Made by a program: the position numbers and the translations under genes. 54,333 nt of DNA from a virus (Duplodnaviria > Caudoviricetes): IMG/VR virus record IMGVR_UViG_3300028597_000016, positions 1-54,333 of that record; one strand, written 5' to 3'. Positions within the stretch are counted from its first letter, which is position 1; each line of letters opens with the position of its first letter. Positions 30,410 through 41,000 of this stretch are shown here, in pieces. Below the pieces are notes generated by a model. It searched no databases. It worked only from the letters and a program-made list of their open reading frames with translations, and had not been told where the DNA came from.

Positions 30410-32801
30410 CGAGCACCGCAAGCACCCGCTCGCGAACTGCGAGGAGTGCCCCCTGTACTTGGAGCCCGGTCCCGTGCTGGGGATCGGCCCGGAGGGCGCC
30501 GTCAAGGTGGCGGTCGTCGGTGAGGCTCCGGGGTTCCAAGAGGCCACGGTCGGACGGCCCTTCGTCGGGCCGTCCGGCCAGGTCATGAACGAGGTGCTCC
30601 GGAACAACGACATCGATCGCAAGTCGGTGTTCGTCACCAACGCCGTGGCCTGCCGCCCGCCCAAGAACGCCACACCCACGCAGGAGGCCATAGACGCCTG
30701 CAATCCACGTCTGATGCAGGAGTTGTACGAGCACGATCCTGAGTACACGATCGCGGCCGGTGCTGTCGGCGCCAAGGCACTCGGGCTGAAGGGCGCGATG
30801 AAGAACCTGCGTGTCGGACCGCCACGCAGGCTGCTGAATCCACCGTTGGGCATCGACACCCTGGTCGTGCCGACCTGGCACCCGGCGTACGCGCTGCGCC
30901 AGCACGACCTGCTGACGACCATCGACTTCGACGTCTCCAAGATCAACAAGGGCACCCAGGCTTCCACCTGGCAGGAGCCCAAGCGGTTCGTCGCGGACAC
31001 GCGCGAGCGCGCGATGGACGCCATCGCCGATCTCTGGGAGATGCCCGGACCGTTCTCTGTGGACATCGAGACCGGCGTCGACAAGGACGAGGTCGACGTG
31101 CACGCCGATCAGCGCCCGCTGCTCTGCATCGGTGTGGGGTACAAGCCTGGCCACGTCTGTGTCTTCGCCGAGGAGATGATGCACGACGAGCAGGTGATGT
31201 ACCTGTTGGGCAAGCTGTTCCGCGAGAAGCCGCTGATCATGCACAACGGCAAGTCCGATGTCGCAGGCATGTTCCCGAAGATGGGACCGGTCAACCTGGT
31301 CTACGACACGATGCTGGAGCACTACGTCCTGGACGAGCGGACCGGCGGCCACGGGCTGGAGATCCTCGGGATCGAGCTGCTCGGCGTGCCGCCGTGGAAG
31401 GACATGGTCAAGCCCTACCTGGCCAAAGGCGCCGCGAAGAACTTCGCGGACATCCCCCGGCACCTGCTCTATCGCTACAACGCGATCGACTGCGACGTCA
31501 CGCTCCGACTCCACTACATGCTGTGGGACCAGCTCCAATGGCAGGACCGGACGAAGGCCCATGACCACATGGTCCGTGCGGCCAACCAGCTCGTGTACCC
31601 GGAGATGGACGGCATCGCGTTCGACATGCCGTACTCGATGGAGCTGACTGAAGATCTTCAGTCGCAGATAGCTGAAGTCGAAGCTGAAATCAACAAGCTG
31701 GTCGGCCAGGAGGTGAATCCACGCTCCACTCAGCAGCTCCTCAAGCTCTTCACTGCGCGTGGGTGGCACATCCCGTCGAGCACCAAGTCGAAGTCGGGGC
31801 TGACCACAGGAGCGAAGGAACTGCTCGCTGCGCGGATCGAAGGTCGGTACGACGACCATCCAGATGCTCTGGCGTTCCTAGATCTGCTGATGAAGGCGCG
31901 CGACCTGTCGAAGGATGACGGCACGTACGTCCGGGGGATGCAGTTGCGGGCTGTGGACCACGGCGACCACCACCGGATCCATACGACGTATACCTTGCAC
32001 GTCGCCACGACCGGTCGACTGTCCTCAAAGGATCCCAACCTCCAGAACATCAAGAACAAGCCCTACCTGCGTCGACAGTTCGTCGCGCGACCGGGCAACA
32101 TCTTCCTGTCCGGCGACTACAGCCAGGTCGAGGGACGCGTGATCGCAGTCCTGTCCGGCGATCAGTACCTGGGTGACCTGTTCCGAAACACCGAGCGGGA
32201 CATCTTCGACGAGATCTCGAACTCGATGTACGGGAAGCTGATCAAGGAGAAGCGCACGCTGCTCAAGTCGTTCTTCTACGGCCTGAGCTACGGGCGCACC
32301 GCGCACGGCATCGCTGGTGATCCGAAGTTCAACTTGAGTTTCACAGAAGCCGATGTCCAGCTCGAAGCGTTCAAGGATCTGATCCCGGGTGTGCTGGACT
32401 GGCAGGAGCAGACCTGGCAGACCGTGCAGGACCAGGGCTACCTGGAGACGACGTTCGGCCGCCGTCGCCACTTCCCGCTGATCACCAATCGGAACAAGGA
32501 CGAGGTACGTAAGGAAGCGTTGGCCTTCCTGCCACAGAGCACGGCTAGCGACATCTGCCTGCGCTCGTTCACACACATGAGTCCAGAACTTCGGGTCAAC
32601 TACGGACACGAAGGACAGATCCGGCTGACCATTCACGACGCCATCGTGACCGAAGTATTACAGGCACGTGAAGCAGAAATGCAGGCGGACATGCGCTACT
32701 ACATGGAGCTGTCCGGAAACGACTGGTCGTACGAGCAAGGTTCGAACGTGCCATTCCAAGTTGCATTCAAGCGCGGAACTAGCTGGGATCAGCTCGACTA
32801 G
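30402..32801 (+). CDS. polA: Family A DNA polymerase with N-terminal family-4 uracil-DNA-glycosylase domain and 3'-5' exonuclease
   Basis: CEECPL, VGEAPG..E, CRPP.N, TWHPAY; DIET, HNGKSD, YNAID; TGRLSS.DPNLQNI, DYSQVE.R, R...K...YG..YG, IHD. Confidence 0.93.
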   Translation: MSNEHRKHPLANCEECPLYLEPGPVLGIGPEGAVKVAVVGEAPGFQEATVGRPFVGPSGQVMNEVLRNNDIDRKSVFVTNAVACRPPKNATPTQEAIDACNPRLMQELYEHDPEYTIAAGAVGAKALGLKGAMKNLRVGPPRRLLNPPLGIDTLVVPTWHPAYALRQHDLLTTIDFDVSKINKGTQASTWQEPKRFVADTRERAMDAIADLWEMPGPFSVDIETGVDKDEVDVHADQRPLLCIGVGYKPGHVCVFAEEMMHDEQVMYLLGKLFREKPLIMHNGKSDVAGMFPKMGPVNLVYDTMLEHYVLDERTGGHGLEILGIELLGVPPWKDMVKPYLAKGAAKNFADIPRHLLYRYNAIDCDVTLRLHYMLWDQLQWQDRTKAHDHMVRAANQLVYPEMDGIAFDMPYSMELTEDLQSQIAEVEAEINKLVGQEVNPRSTQQLLKLFTARGWHIPSSTKSKSGLTTGAKELLAARIEGRYDDHPDALAFLDLLMKARDLSKDDGTYVRGMQLRAVDHGDHHRIHTTYTLHVATTGRLSSKDPNLQNIKNKPYLRRQFVARPGNIFLSGDYSQVEGRVIAVLSGDQYLGDLFRNTERDIFDEISNSMYGKLIKEKRTLLKSFFYGLSYGRTAHGIAGDPKFNLSFTEADVQLEAFKDLIPGVLDWQEQTWQTVQDQGYLETTFGRRRHFPLITNRNKDEVRKEALAFLPQSTASDICLRSFTHMSPELRVNYGHEGQIRLTIHDAIVTEVLQAREAEMQADMRYYMELSGNDWSYEQGSNVPFQVAFKRGTSWDQLD

Positions 32802-32810
32802 GGAGGAAGT

Positions 32811-33077
32811 ATGCCGTTCGACACCCCAGCGGGAAAAGCCATCTTGATAGAGAACATCGTTAATGTTCCAGAATTGGCTGAACGCTTGGGAGTTCACGTC
32901 AATACCGTACATAACTGGATTCGGAACAAGAACACCACTTGGTTCCCGGATCCTCTTCCTTGCGGGGACTACCACTTCGACTACGACGAAGTGTATGAAT
33001 GGTTCCACAATTGGGTGATGGACCATCCCAAGTTTTATCCAATTGCCTACGCCGCCATGAAAGGGGGGTCTCAGTGA
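32811..33077 (+). CDS. HTH DNA-binding protein (excisionase/MerR-like)
   Basis: 'VPELAERLGVHVNTVHNWI...FPDP'. Confidence 0.8.
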   Translation: MPFDTPAGKAILIENIVNVPELAERLGVHVNTVHNWIRNKNTTWFPDPLPCGDYHFDYDEVYEWFHNWVMDHPKFYPIAYAAMKGGSQ

Positions 33078-33634
33078 GCATGCATGCCAAGAAGTATGAG
33101 TACGGGGAGGAGGCTCCGATTGAACAGCCCCGTCCGTTGGTACCTGGGGACATGGTCGAAGAGATCACGCTGCTGGCGTTCGATCCTGGCGGCACCACCG
33201 GCTTCATGCTGGGCACCTTCAACCCACAGACCGGCCTGATCATCCCCGGTTCGGTGGCGTTCGGCGAGATCGGACCGAACCCTCACCACACGCCCCTGGG
33301 CAGGTTCATCGAGGAGACGGCATTCAACCATCCGCACTTCATGGTCGTCACCGAGGACTACATCCCCGAGTTCGGTAGAGCGCAGAACTACGTCGCTCTG
33401 GAGTACATCGGCGTCATGGAGTACGTGTCTCGTAAGAACCTGATCAGCTTCGAGCGGCAGTCGCGGAACATCAAGCCGTACTGGACCAAGGAGAAGATGA
33501 TGGCCGTGGGGGTGTGGCCACGTGGAAAGAAGCACGCTCAGGATGCGGCCAGGCATTGGCTCACGTATGCGTCCAAGACCAGCCGACCGATGAATCTGAA
33601 CCTGGCAAGGGCGATTCACTATGCCGGAGAATAG
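33074..33634 (+). CDS. RuvC-like Holliday junction resolvase
   Basis: LAFDPGGTTG, VTED, HAQDAARH. Confidence 0.8.
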   Translation: MSMHAKKYEYGEEAPIEQPRPLVPGDMVEEITLLAFDPGGTTGFMLGTFNPQTGLIIPGSVAFGEIGPNPHHTPLGRFIEETAFNHPHFMVVTEDYIPEFGRAQNYVALEYIGVMEYVSRKNLISFERQSRNIKPYWTKEKMMAVGVWPRGKKHAQDAARHWLTYASKTSRPMNLNLARAIHYAGE

Positions 33635-33806
33635 GGTCGTCGTCGAGCTGGCCTGCCATCCGAACGACGAGGTACAGGCTGCCCGTGTGGTCGAGGTGCT
33701 CTCCCGTACTGCCACAGGACTGGCGATGGACGGCGTCAACTGTCGAATCGACCTGATGCCGATCGAGGTCATCACGGAGGAAATCGAAGACAATGACACC
33801 GCGTGA
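33621..33806 (+). CDS. Hypothetical protein
   Basis: Coupled ORF. Confidence 0.65.
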   Translation: MPENRVVVELACHPNDEVQAARVVEVLSRTATGLAMDGVNCRIDLMPIEVITEEIEDNDTA

Positions 33807-33984
33807 AGCCGCAATCGTGACGGCGTACACCGGGATCTTCTTGGGTGACTTCGGAGCATTTCAGGAGTACGTCGAAGAGATCCTCGGCCGCCCCGTCTGG
33901 TCACACGAGTTCGCCAGCGAGAAGTTGGAGATCGAGATCCGTGAGCGATCTCGTGCAGACTTCATGGCCATCAAGGTCGAATGA
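33793..33984 (+). CDS. Conserved-type small phage protein (AYTG..LG.F...YVE.ILGRPVW.HE)
   Basis: Recognisable motif; coupled ORF. Confidence 0.72.
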   Translation: MTPREAAIVTAYTGIFLGDFGAFQEYVEEILGRPVWSHEFASEKLEIEIRERSRADFMAIKVE

Positions 33985-33999
33985 AGGTATGGTCTTCGT

Positions 34000-34209
34000 A
34001 TGCCTGACTACCACAAGTTGACCCTCAACTTCACTGCCAAAGCATGGGCATCCGTCGAGTGGGTGTCTGCACACGAAGACCTGAACAAGACCGACGTCGT
34101 CAACCGCGCCGTACAGCTTTACGAGTTCATCGCCCGAGAGCGCAAGCTTGGCGGCGAACTGCTGATCGAGAAGAAGGACGGCAGCATCCACCGCATCCTC
34201 ATGGTGTGA
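34000..34209 (+). CDS. Ribbon-helix-helix DNA-binding protein
   Basis: 'KLTLNF...NKTDVVNRAVQLY'. Confidence 0.7.
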   Translation: MPDYHKLTLNFTAKAWASVEWVSAHEDLNKTDVVNRAVQLYEFIARERKLGGELLIEKKDGSIHRILMV

Positions 34210-34214
34210 CGAGC

Positions 34215-34251
34215 CCGGGGTGTGGTCGGGGGAGGTCCGACCACACCCCGG
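34215..34251. terminator. Bidirectional terminator hairpin at arm convergence
   Basis: Perfect 15-bp stem CCGGGGTGTGGTCGG/CCGACCACACCCCGG between converging stops. Confidence 0.8.
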
Positions 34252-34254
34252 AGA

Positions 34255-34980
34255 TCAGACTTCGTCCGACCCGCGTACCGCGAGTACCTGGACGACGAAC
34301 GTGCCAACGCCGGAGAACCGGTACGCCTCCACGACGAGCTGGATCGGCGCCCCCACGTTGAACACGTTGGCGGGCAGCTCCAGCGGAGGCGTGACGTTAC
34401 GCAGCAGTACGGCGGGCGCCGGGTTGTGGGCGATCTCGTAGTTGGAAACCTCGTAGCGCGGGCGCAACTGAGTGCCGGTGGCCAGCTCCTTGAAGCGCAA
34501 CGAGACGCCGGTCGCACCGTCGGAGCTGAAGACGTTGTAGACGACCTCGACCGAGGGGTTGGACTTGAGGAAGTTCACCTCGGCCTGCGCTGCATACACC
34601 GTCGTCGTCTGCGCCGGAAGCGCCAGCGTGACGTGCGTGATGTTGTGCGAGATCGAGGGGCGGCTGAGTCCACTCTGATAGGTCTCAGAGTCTCTTACGA
34701 TCACCTGCCCCTGGTGGTCATAGATCTTGACCGACTGGGGCGCACCAGACCCCGGAGAACTGACCTGCAACGCCGTGCCGCCGTCTTCGCGGCCGATCGT
34801 GAACCCGCGCTCGTCGGTCTCCGGATCCGTACCCGCTCGCATGAGGACGTCGCCCTGGGAGTTGAAGAACACCACCTGGTTCTTCGGCGAGCCTCGTTCC
34901 AGCTTCTCGATGCGGCTCTCCAACGCCGAGAGTCGCTGGGCCATGTCCGGCTGGGTGGTGTACTTCTCGCTAGTCGCCAC
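34255..34980 (-). CDS. Minor tail protein
   Basis: 'RLSALESRIEKLER' N-terminus; last gene of tail block; GGAGG RBS. Confidence 0.75.
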   Translation of the reverse strand: MATSEKYTTQPDMAQRLSALESRIEKLERGSPKNQVVFFNSQGDVLMRAGTDPETDERGFTIGREDGGTALQVSSPGSGAPQSVKIYDHQGQVIVRDSETYQSGLSRPSISHNITHVTLALPAQTTTVYAAQAEVNFLKSNPSVEVVYNVFSSDGATGVSLRFKELATGTQLRPRYEVSNYEIAHNPAPAVLLRNVTPPLELPANVFNVGAPIQLVVEAYRFSGVGTFVVQVLAVRGSDEV

Positions 34981-36115
34981 TGCCACCCTCCAAGCTCTGG
35001 AACGTCGGCTTGATCTTCTCCGCTTCGTTGTCACTTGGCGGGTTGATCTCGATCTGGGTGATGCGGGCAGGCGTCTCGAATCCGTCCGGGAACCGCTCGT
35101 TGCCGGTCGGCCAGGACAACACTCCCCAGTCGCCGACCCACCACTCACCGAAGTCGTCGATCTCGTCCAGCTCGATGGACGGGACGGCGATCGGCATGGC
35201 CCGCGCCTGCCCCTCCATGTTCGCTCGGGGCTGAACCAGCGGCGCCGGAAGCTGGTTGTCGTTGATGATGTAGTCCTTGCGCCGGTAGTTCTTCCCGAGG
35301 TTGACCCCGTTCTGGTAGGTACCGACCGGCGCTTCCTGACCCGAACCCTCGCCAGTGACGTAGAAGACGTTCCCCGCGCCGCCCAGGTTGCGCGTGTAGT
35401 AGTAGCCGGACATGTTCCGGCCGTACTCGAAGAAGAACGCATCCGAGGTCTTGCCGATCGTCGGGTAGCCCAGCTCCAGGTACTTGGTCGGCTGGTCGCC
35501 GAGCATCCGCGTGACCACACGCCAGTCGAAGCCGTCGTCCTGCTTGGCCAGGTCGTCCATCACCGCGCGGTAGGTCTTGCGGTCCCATGCGTTGATCTCC
35601 AACGAGACCAGCTTCGAGCTGCCCAACGGATATTCGGGCGGAACGATCACCCGGACGTTCGAGCTGATCTGGAACTGCATCAGCAGCCACAGCTCGCGGG
35701 CGATGTTGAGCTGGTCGTAGTTGGTCCAGATACGCGGGCAGACGAACTCGTCGAGCGTCACCATCTCCAGCGACGACTCCCAGGTCCGCCAGTAGACGCC
35801 CATCGCCTTGCCCTGCGAACCGTAGGACTGCGAGATGATCTCGCCGCCACCGCCGAGCAGCGGCACGTCGTTGCGGTAGATCGTGATCTCGGTGCGGCCG
35901 GGCTCGGTCATCTCCAGCATCTCGGCGTTGGCACGCCGGATGTCCGCCTTGGTGTAGCTGGGCGGCAGGTTGGATCCGTCCAGCTTGAAGTACCCCTGGC
36001 CGTTGCCGCCGTCCGACAGCTTCACGGAGAAGTTCACGCCGTAGAGCGGGATCTCTCCCAGCGGTCGGCCGGTCAGCAGCTCCCGGAACTCGTAGCGATA
36101 CTCCGGGCTGGTCAT
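34970..36115 (-). CDS. Minor tail protein (Gp37/Tal-like hub)
   Basis: 'YRYEFRELLTGRPLGEIP'; position. Confidence 0.78.
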   Translation of the reverse strand: MTSPEYRYEFRELLTGRPLGEIPLYGVNFSVKLSDGGNGQGYFKLDGSNLPPSYTKADIRRANAEMLEMTEPGRTEITIYRNDVPLLGGGGEIISQSYGSQGKAMGVYWRTWESSLEMVTLDEFVCPRIWTNYDQLNIARELWLLMQFQISSNVRVIVPPEYPLGSSKLVSLEINAWDRKTYRAVMDDLAKQDDGFDWRVVTRMLGDQPTKYLELGYPTIGKTSDAFFFEYGRNMSGYYYTRNLGGAGNVFYVTGEGSGQEAPVGTYQNGVNLGKNYRRKDYIINDNQLPAPLVQPRANMEGQARAMPIAVPSIELDEIDDFGEWWVGDWGVLSWPTGNERFPDGFETPARITQIEINPPSDNEAEKIKPTFQSLEGGSGD

Positions 36116-37161
36116 TAGTAGGGGTACCAGCCATTCACGGCCATGTGGCTCAGGCCCGGCGTGAATCCGTTGGTGAGCACGCCGTTGTCCGACGTACGGA
36201 CCTGGACCTGCGCGCCGGAGGGCACACCACGGCCCCACAGCCCCCGCAGACCCCAGTCGTAGTAGCCGTCACAGGAGAAGAAGTCCGCCGCCGGGAATCC
36301 GGGCGGCAAGTCGATCAGCATGGTCGGCCCGGCAGGCACGGTCGAGCCCGCACCGTTGAACAGGAACACCGCGCGGAAGTAGATCAGCCGGATCGCCGGG
36401 ATGGCCTTGTAGAAGCCCGTCCGCGAACCGGTGGCGCCCATGTTGAAGCCGGACGGGAGCGACGGCGTGTACGTGCCCTCGCGGACCACGGGAACGGTCT
36501 CCCACACCCCGGCGGTGCCGTTCCAGATCTTGCTGACGTCGTCGTTGAGCTGGTGCGCTCGCTGGCCCGGCCGGATCGTTCCGCCCGGCGGCAGGTAGAA
36601 GAGGTTGGGTACCTCCATGTAGCCGCCGACGGCGTTCACGTACGGCGCCAACCACGTGATGTTGCCGGTGTTGATGCTGGTCACGCTGGAGTTCACGGCG
36701 ATCTGCGCGATGGCTACCGAGTTGGCGTCTGCCGCCGGGAGCACAGGCGAGCCTGCCGGAGTACCGGTCTTCACCTCCAGTACCCAGTCGTTGATCGCGC
36801 CGGAGTACTGCGCGTCGCGCACGCGCGCCTGCACCAGGTCCAGCCGGTTGAGCCCGGGTCCGGGAGCTGTGGCCACAGAGATGGTCTTGTCCGCGTCGTT
36901 GTGGCAGACGTATACGCCCTGGGTACCGCTCTCCGTTCCCTGAATGAAAACGGTTCCCTGCCGCACGACCACAGCCATGGTGGGCGAGCCGGTCTGCGTG
37001 ACCGCCATCCGGTTGCCGTGCTCCGGGTGCACGCCCGCGCGCGAGGTGAACCCACCGCCCAGGAAGTGCGTACCGAGCAAAGCCCCGACCGCCCGGCGGA
37101 ACACGCTGGCACTGTGGTCCGTGCGCGCCTGCATGTACGCGGGCGGATTGATTTCTGCCAT
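36115..37161 (-). CDS. Minor tail protein
   Basis: 'RLDLVQARVRD..Y.G...GTPAGSP..P' actinophage tail pattern. Confidence 0.8.
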   Translation of the reverse strand: MAEINPPAYMQARTDHSASVFRRAVGALLGTHFLGGGFTSRAGVHPEHGNRMAVTQTGSPTMAVVVRQGTVFIQGTESGTQGVYVCHNDADKTISVATAPGPGLNRLDLVQARVRDAQYSGAINDWVLEVKTGTPAGSPVLPAADANSVAIAQIAVNSSVTSINTGNITWLAPYVNAVGGYMEVPNLFYLPPGGTIRPGQRAHQLNDDVSKIWNGTAGVWETVPVVREGTYTPSLPSGFNMGATGSRTGFYKAIPAIRLIYFRAVFLFNGAGSTVPAGPTMLIDLPPGFPAADFFSCDGYYDWGLRGLWGRGVPSGAQVQVRTSDNGVLTNGFTPGLSHMAVNGWYPY

Positions 37162-37174
37162 TACGTTCCTCCCC

Positions 37175-38059
37175 TTACCGCCACGCCGACCGGTAGATGA
37201 TGTCCATGTGCGTGGCTCCTGCGCTGCCGCCTTCTACGTTGAACTGGATCGAGTTGGTACCCGGTGCCAGATCGAACCAGGACGGTCGTCGCAGTTTGTC
37301 ACGTACGTTGGAAACGCCCCAGGCTGTGCTGTAGAAACGCACGGTCCGCGCCTCGGAGTCGATCTCCAGGTAGTCAGTCGTCGTGTCCACCAGGATGTCG
37401 AACGCCATCTCGTCGCCCGTGGTGGTGTTCACCACGTGCGGATTGATGTATGGGCCGTACATTCGGAACTTGACCGGAGTCGAGCGGTTGCCCGCATTCA
37501 CGATCGCGGCCGGGAAGCTGCCGACGGTGATACCGCCGAAGCCGACATCGAAGCTACGGTCGAATCCCACCCCGGTCTGAATCAGGTTCGAGACCGTCAT
37601 CGTCTTGATCGACTCGTTCTCCGAGTAGATCCGTGGGTCGCCCGCGATCGCGTTGAACTGGATCTCGCACATTCCCAGCCGCCGGAGCTGGGTGATCGAA
37701 TAGCGGACACCCTGGGGCTTCACCCAGAGCATCCGCCCACCGACCTTCGGAGCCCGCATGTACAAGGGGAGCGGGACTTCGCTCGGTGCCCACTCTCCCT
37801 TCAGCCGGTCGAGGGTGGTCTCCGTGTTGCTCTCTTCGTCGTACAGCACCCCGCTCAACACGATCGTTCGTGCCTGCTCGTAGACGCTGTCGACGTACCC
37901 GCCGTCGCGTCCGTCCCGGTCCCGGATCGACGTCCGGAACGGCGCGGAGTCCAGCCCCTGGATCTCGCTCAGGTCGACGGCCGGATAGGTGATCTTGTTG
38001 TCGTTGATGATGAAGCCGGACGTGCCGAGCTGAAACGAGAAGTCGGTGGTCAGCGCCAT
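37175..38059 (-). CDS. Distal tail protein (Dit-like)
   Basis: Directly after TMP; 'A.DPRIYS', 'NAGN', 'WFDLAPG.N', 'YRSAW'. Confidence 0.82.
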   Translation of the reverse strand: MALTTDFSFQLGTSGFIINDNKITYPAVDLSEIQGLDSAPFRTSIRDRDGRDGGYVDSVYEQARTIVLSGVLYDEESNTETTLDRLKGEWAPSEVPLPLYMRAPKVGGRMLWVKPQGVRYSITQLRRLGMCEIQFNAIAGDPRIYSENESIKTMTVSNLIQTGVGFDRSFDVGFGGITVGSFPAAIVNAGNRSTPVKFRMYGPYINPHVVNTTTGDEMAFDILVDTTTDYLEIDSEARTVRFYSTAWGVSNVRDKLRRPSWFDLAPGTNSIQFNVEGGSAGATHMDIIYRSAWR

Positions 38060-41000
38060 TACCCGATCACCTTCTCCAGCTCCATACCGAGCATCATCGC
38101 GTGTCGGCGCGGATCAATCTCCTGCGTGTAGACATTCAGCGTGATGTTGGACGACCGGCCGCCGCCGTAGCCGCCGACCGGCGCCAGTCCGGTAGCGCCC
38201 ATGTCCTGGTTCGCACGCTCGGCGTCCAGGTGCTGGACCAGCCGCTCGAACGCCTGGGTCTGGGCGACCGAGAGCACGCGCTCCGCTGAACCGGTCGCGT
38301 TCATCACGCTGGTCATGCCGGGCTGCAACAGCCCGCCGGAGTCCATCACCTGCTGGGCCACAGCCCCGCCCCGCTTGTAGAACGACAGGTGAACGTGGTC
38401 GGAGTGGTCACCCTGGCCGGGCACCGAGTACGGCCCCCAGCCGTCACCCATCGTGATTCGCTTGTTCCAGATGACGTACTTGGTGCCGTACGCGCCAGGG
38501 TGCTCGATGAACCACTTCGCGATGCCGTTACCCCGGGCGAGCTGGCTCGGGATCGCGGCGTTGTTCATGTTGTCGATGGCCTTGGGGAAGTGGTCCGACC
38601 AGCCGTACCCACTGACGTACGAGCCCATCGACATGCCCGGGTTCATGGCACGGATGAAGTTCGCAGCAGCCTGCACGTTCGGTGACCACGGTGGCTGGTT
38701 GCCCAGGTGTGGAGGCCATCCGTTCGGCTGTGGCGTGAAGCGTCCGGTACCGGCGTCGCCCGACCCGAAGCCGACCTTCTCCCCGATCCACTTGATGACG
38801 CCCTGGACCATCCTCTTACCGGCTTCCTTGGCCACGTTCGCCATTGCGCCGGAACCGGCCTTGCCCAGCTCACCGATGAACTTGTTGAGCACGCTGGCCG
38901 GGTTGATGTCGTTGACCACAGCCCCGGCCAACGGGTTCAGGCCACCAACCAGACCCGTGATCCAGTCCCAGGGGCCGTCCCCCATCCAGCTCTGCTTGGA
39001 CGCGGAGACCGCACCACCGTCAGCGAATGCCGCCCGCCCCCGTAGGACCGCCTTTCGCATGTTGTACATGGCCTGCTGGCCACCAGCCTTCTCGACTTCC
39101 TTCGCCGTCCACACGTGCTCGCCGCTGGAGAGCATGGCCGGAACCAGGTCATCCCTCGGACCGCCAGGCCCGTTGATCGCACCACCCGTAGCCATACGGG
39201 GCACGTGCACGTTCTGCGGCTGAACGTTGAAGACACTGGCTACCGCGTTGTACGCCTTCAGCAGGCCGTCGTCGATGACCGTGTTGACGACGAACTTCAC
39301 CGGCTCACGGACGACGTTCTGAATACGAGTCCACGCCGCCTGGATGGCGTTGACCCCGCTATTGAATGCGGTGACCACGGCCGAGAAGAAGCCCTGGATA
39401 GACGTACGAGCGTTGTTCAGCGTGCTGGACCAACCACCAGTGAACCAGGCCCAGAAAGACGAAAGCGCGTTACGAACGTCCGTGATGATCCGGCTCCACC
39501 CGTCGGTGAACCAGTTGAAGAACGAGGTCAGGGCGCTCCGTGCATCGGTGAGCACCTTCTGCCACCCACTGAGGAACCAGTTGAAGAAGGCGGTAAGTGC
39601 GCTCTGGGCGTCGTTCCAGGTGTTCTTCCACCCGGTGATGAACCACGTGAAGAAGGTCTGGGCGGCGTTCTTCGCGTCGGTGAGCGTGGCCGCCCATCCC
39701 TGGGTGAACCACACATCGAACGCGTTGTACTCGGCCTTCGCGTCGGTGAGGGTGTTCCGCCAGCCCTGCGTGAACCACACGTCGAAGTCGTTGTAGACGA
39801 CCTTGGCGTCCTCGAACGTCTTCTTCCATCCGCTGACGAACCAGGTGAAGAAGTCCTGCGCCGGACCCTTGGCGTCCGAGAACGTGTTGGTCCAGCCGTT
39901 CTTGAACCACGTCAGGAAGTCGTTCGCCGGAGGCTTGGCATCGTCGAACGCCTTCTTCCATCCAGCGGCGAACCAGTCCAGGAACGGCTGAAGGACACCC
40001 TTGGCGTCCGCGAATGCCCGCCCCCAGCCGTCGACGAACCACCGCATCTGTGGTTCGGCGTCCTGGAAAATCTTCTTCCAGCCATCGGCGAACCAGGAGA
40101 AGAAGTTCGTCGCCGGAGGCTTCGCCTCGCTGAAGGCCCGGTTCCAGCCTTCCTTGAACCAGTCAAGAAAACCGGTGAGGGTCTCCTTGGCGTCCTTGAA
40201 TACCTTCGTCCAGCCGTCGCCGAACCACTTAAGCACCGGCATGGCGTCGTTGAGGACGTTCTTCCAGCCGTCGAAGAACCACTTGATGATTCCCCACAGG
40301 TGGCCGAACCACCAGTTCACGGCGTCGTGGAACCACTCCACCTTGTTGTAGGCGAGCACCCACACCGCGATGAAGCTGCCGACGGCGAGGACGATCGCGC
40401 CCATCGCCCCCACACCGACGCCGATGATTCCGGCGAGCACCATCAACCCGCCGCCGAGAATGCCTACCGCACCAGCGGCGACCAGCAGCAATCCGGTGAT
40501 CACCGTGGCCCAGGCCAGGAAGTTCTTCGTCCCCTCGTCCTGGCGCTCGAACCAGGCGGCCAGCTCGGAGAGCTTGTTGATGATCTTCTCCAGAGCCGGG
40601 AACAGCGCCTCGCCCGCTTCGACGGCGAGGGCCTTCCACTGGTTCTTCATCTTCTCGTTGCGGACCGCGAGCGTGTCCGCCATCTGGCTGTACTTGTCCT
40701 CCAGGTCGCCGCCGGACTTGTTCATCCGGTCGACCATGTCCTTGAAGCTGTTCGCACCCGCGTCCGAGGCGAGTACCAAGTCCCAGAACCGGCGGGCCTG
40801 GATGTTGTTGCCGCTGCCCTTGAACAGCGCGTTGATCTCTTCGGCACGCCGGGCCGGGTCGAGCTTGGCCAGCTTCTGCTGGAGTTCGACCACGACATCG
40901 GCGAGCGGACGGAAGTTGCCCGAGGCGTCCCGGGCGTTGATGCCCATCTCCTTGAGCCGACCCACCACGGTCGGGTTGGAGAACAGGTCGAGAGCACGAC

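Noticed and set aside
30402-32801. DpoZ or modified-base system
   Set aside because: No purZ, dATPase or other modification genes recognised in the window
19384-32801. Inteins or introns in helicase, primase or polymerase
   Set aside because: No Cys/Ser...His-Asn intein ends or interrupted frames; the helicase has only a short insertion
39400-40350. 66-nt periodic DNA repeats as an array
   Set aside because: Explained by in-frame tape-measure protein repeats
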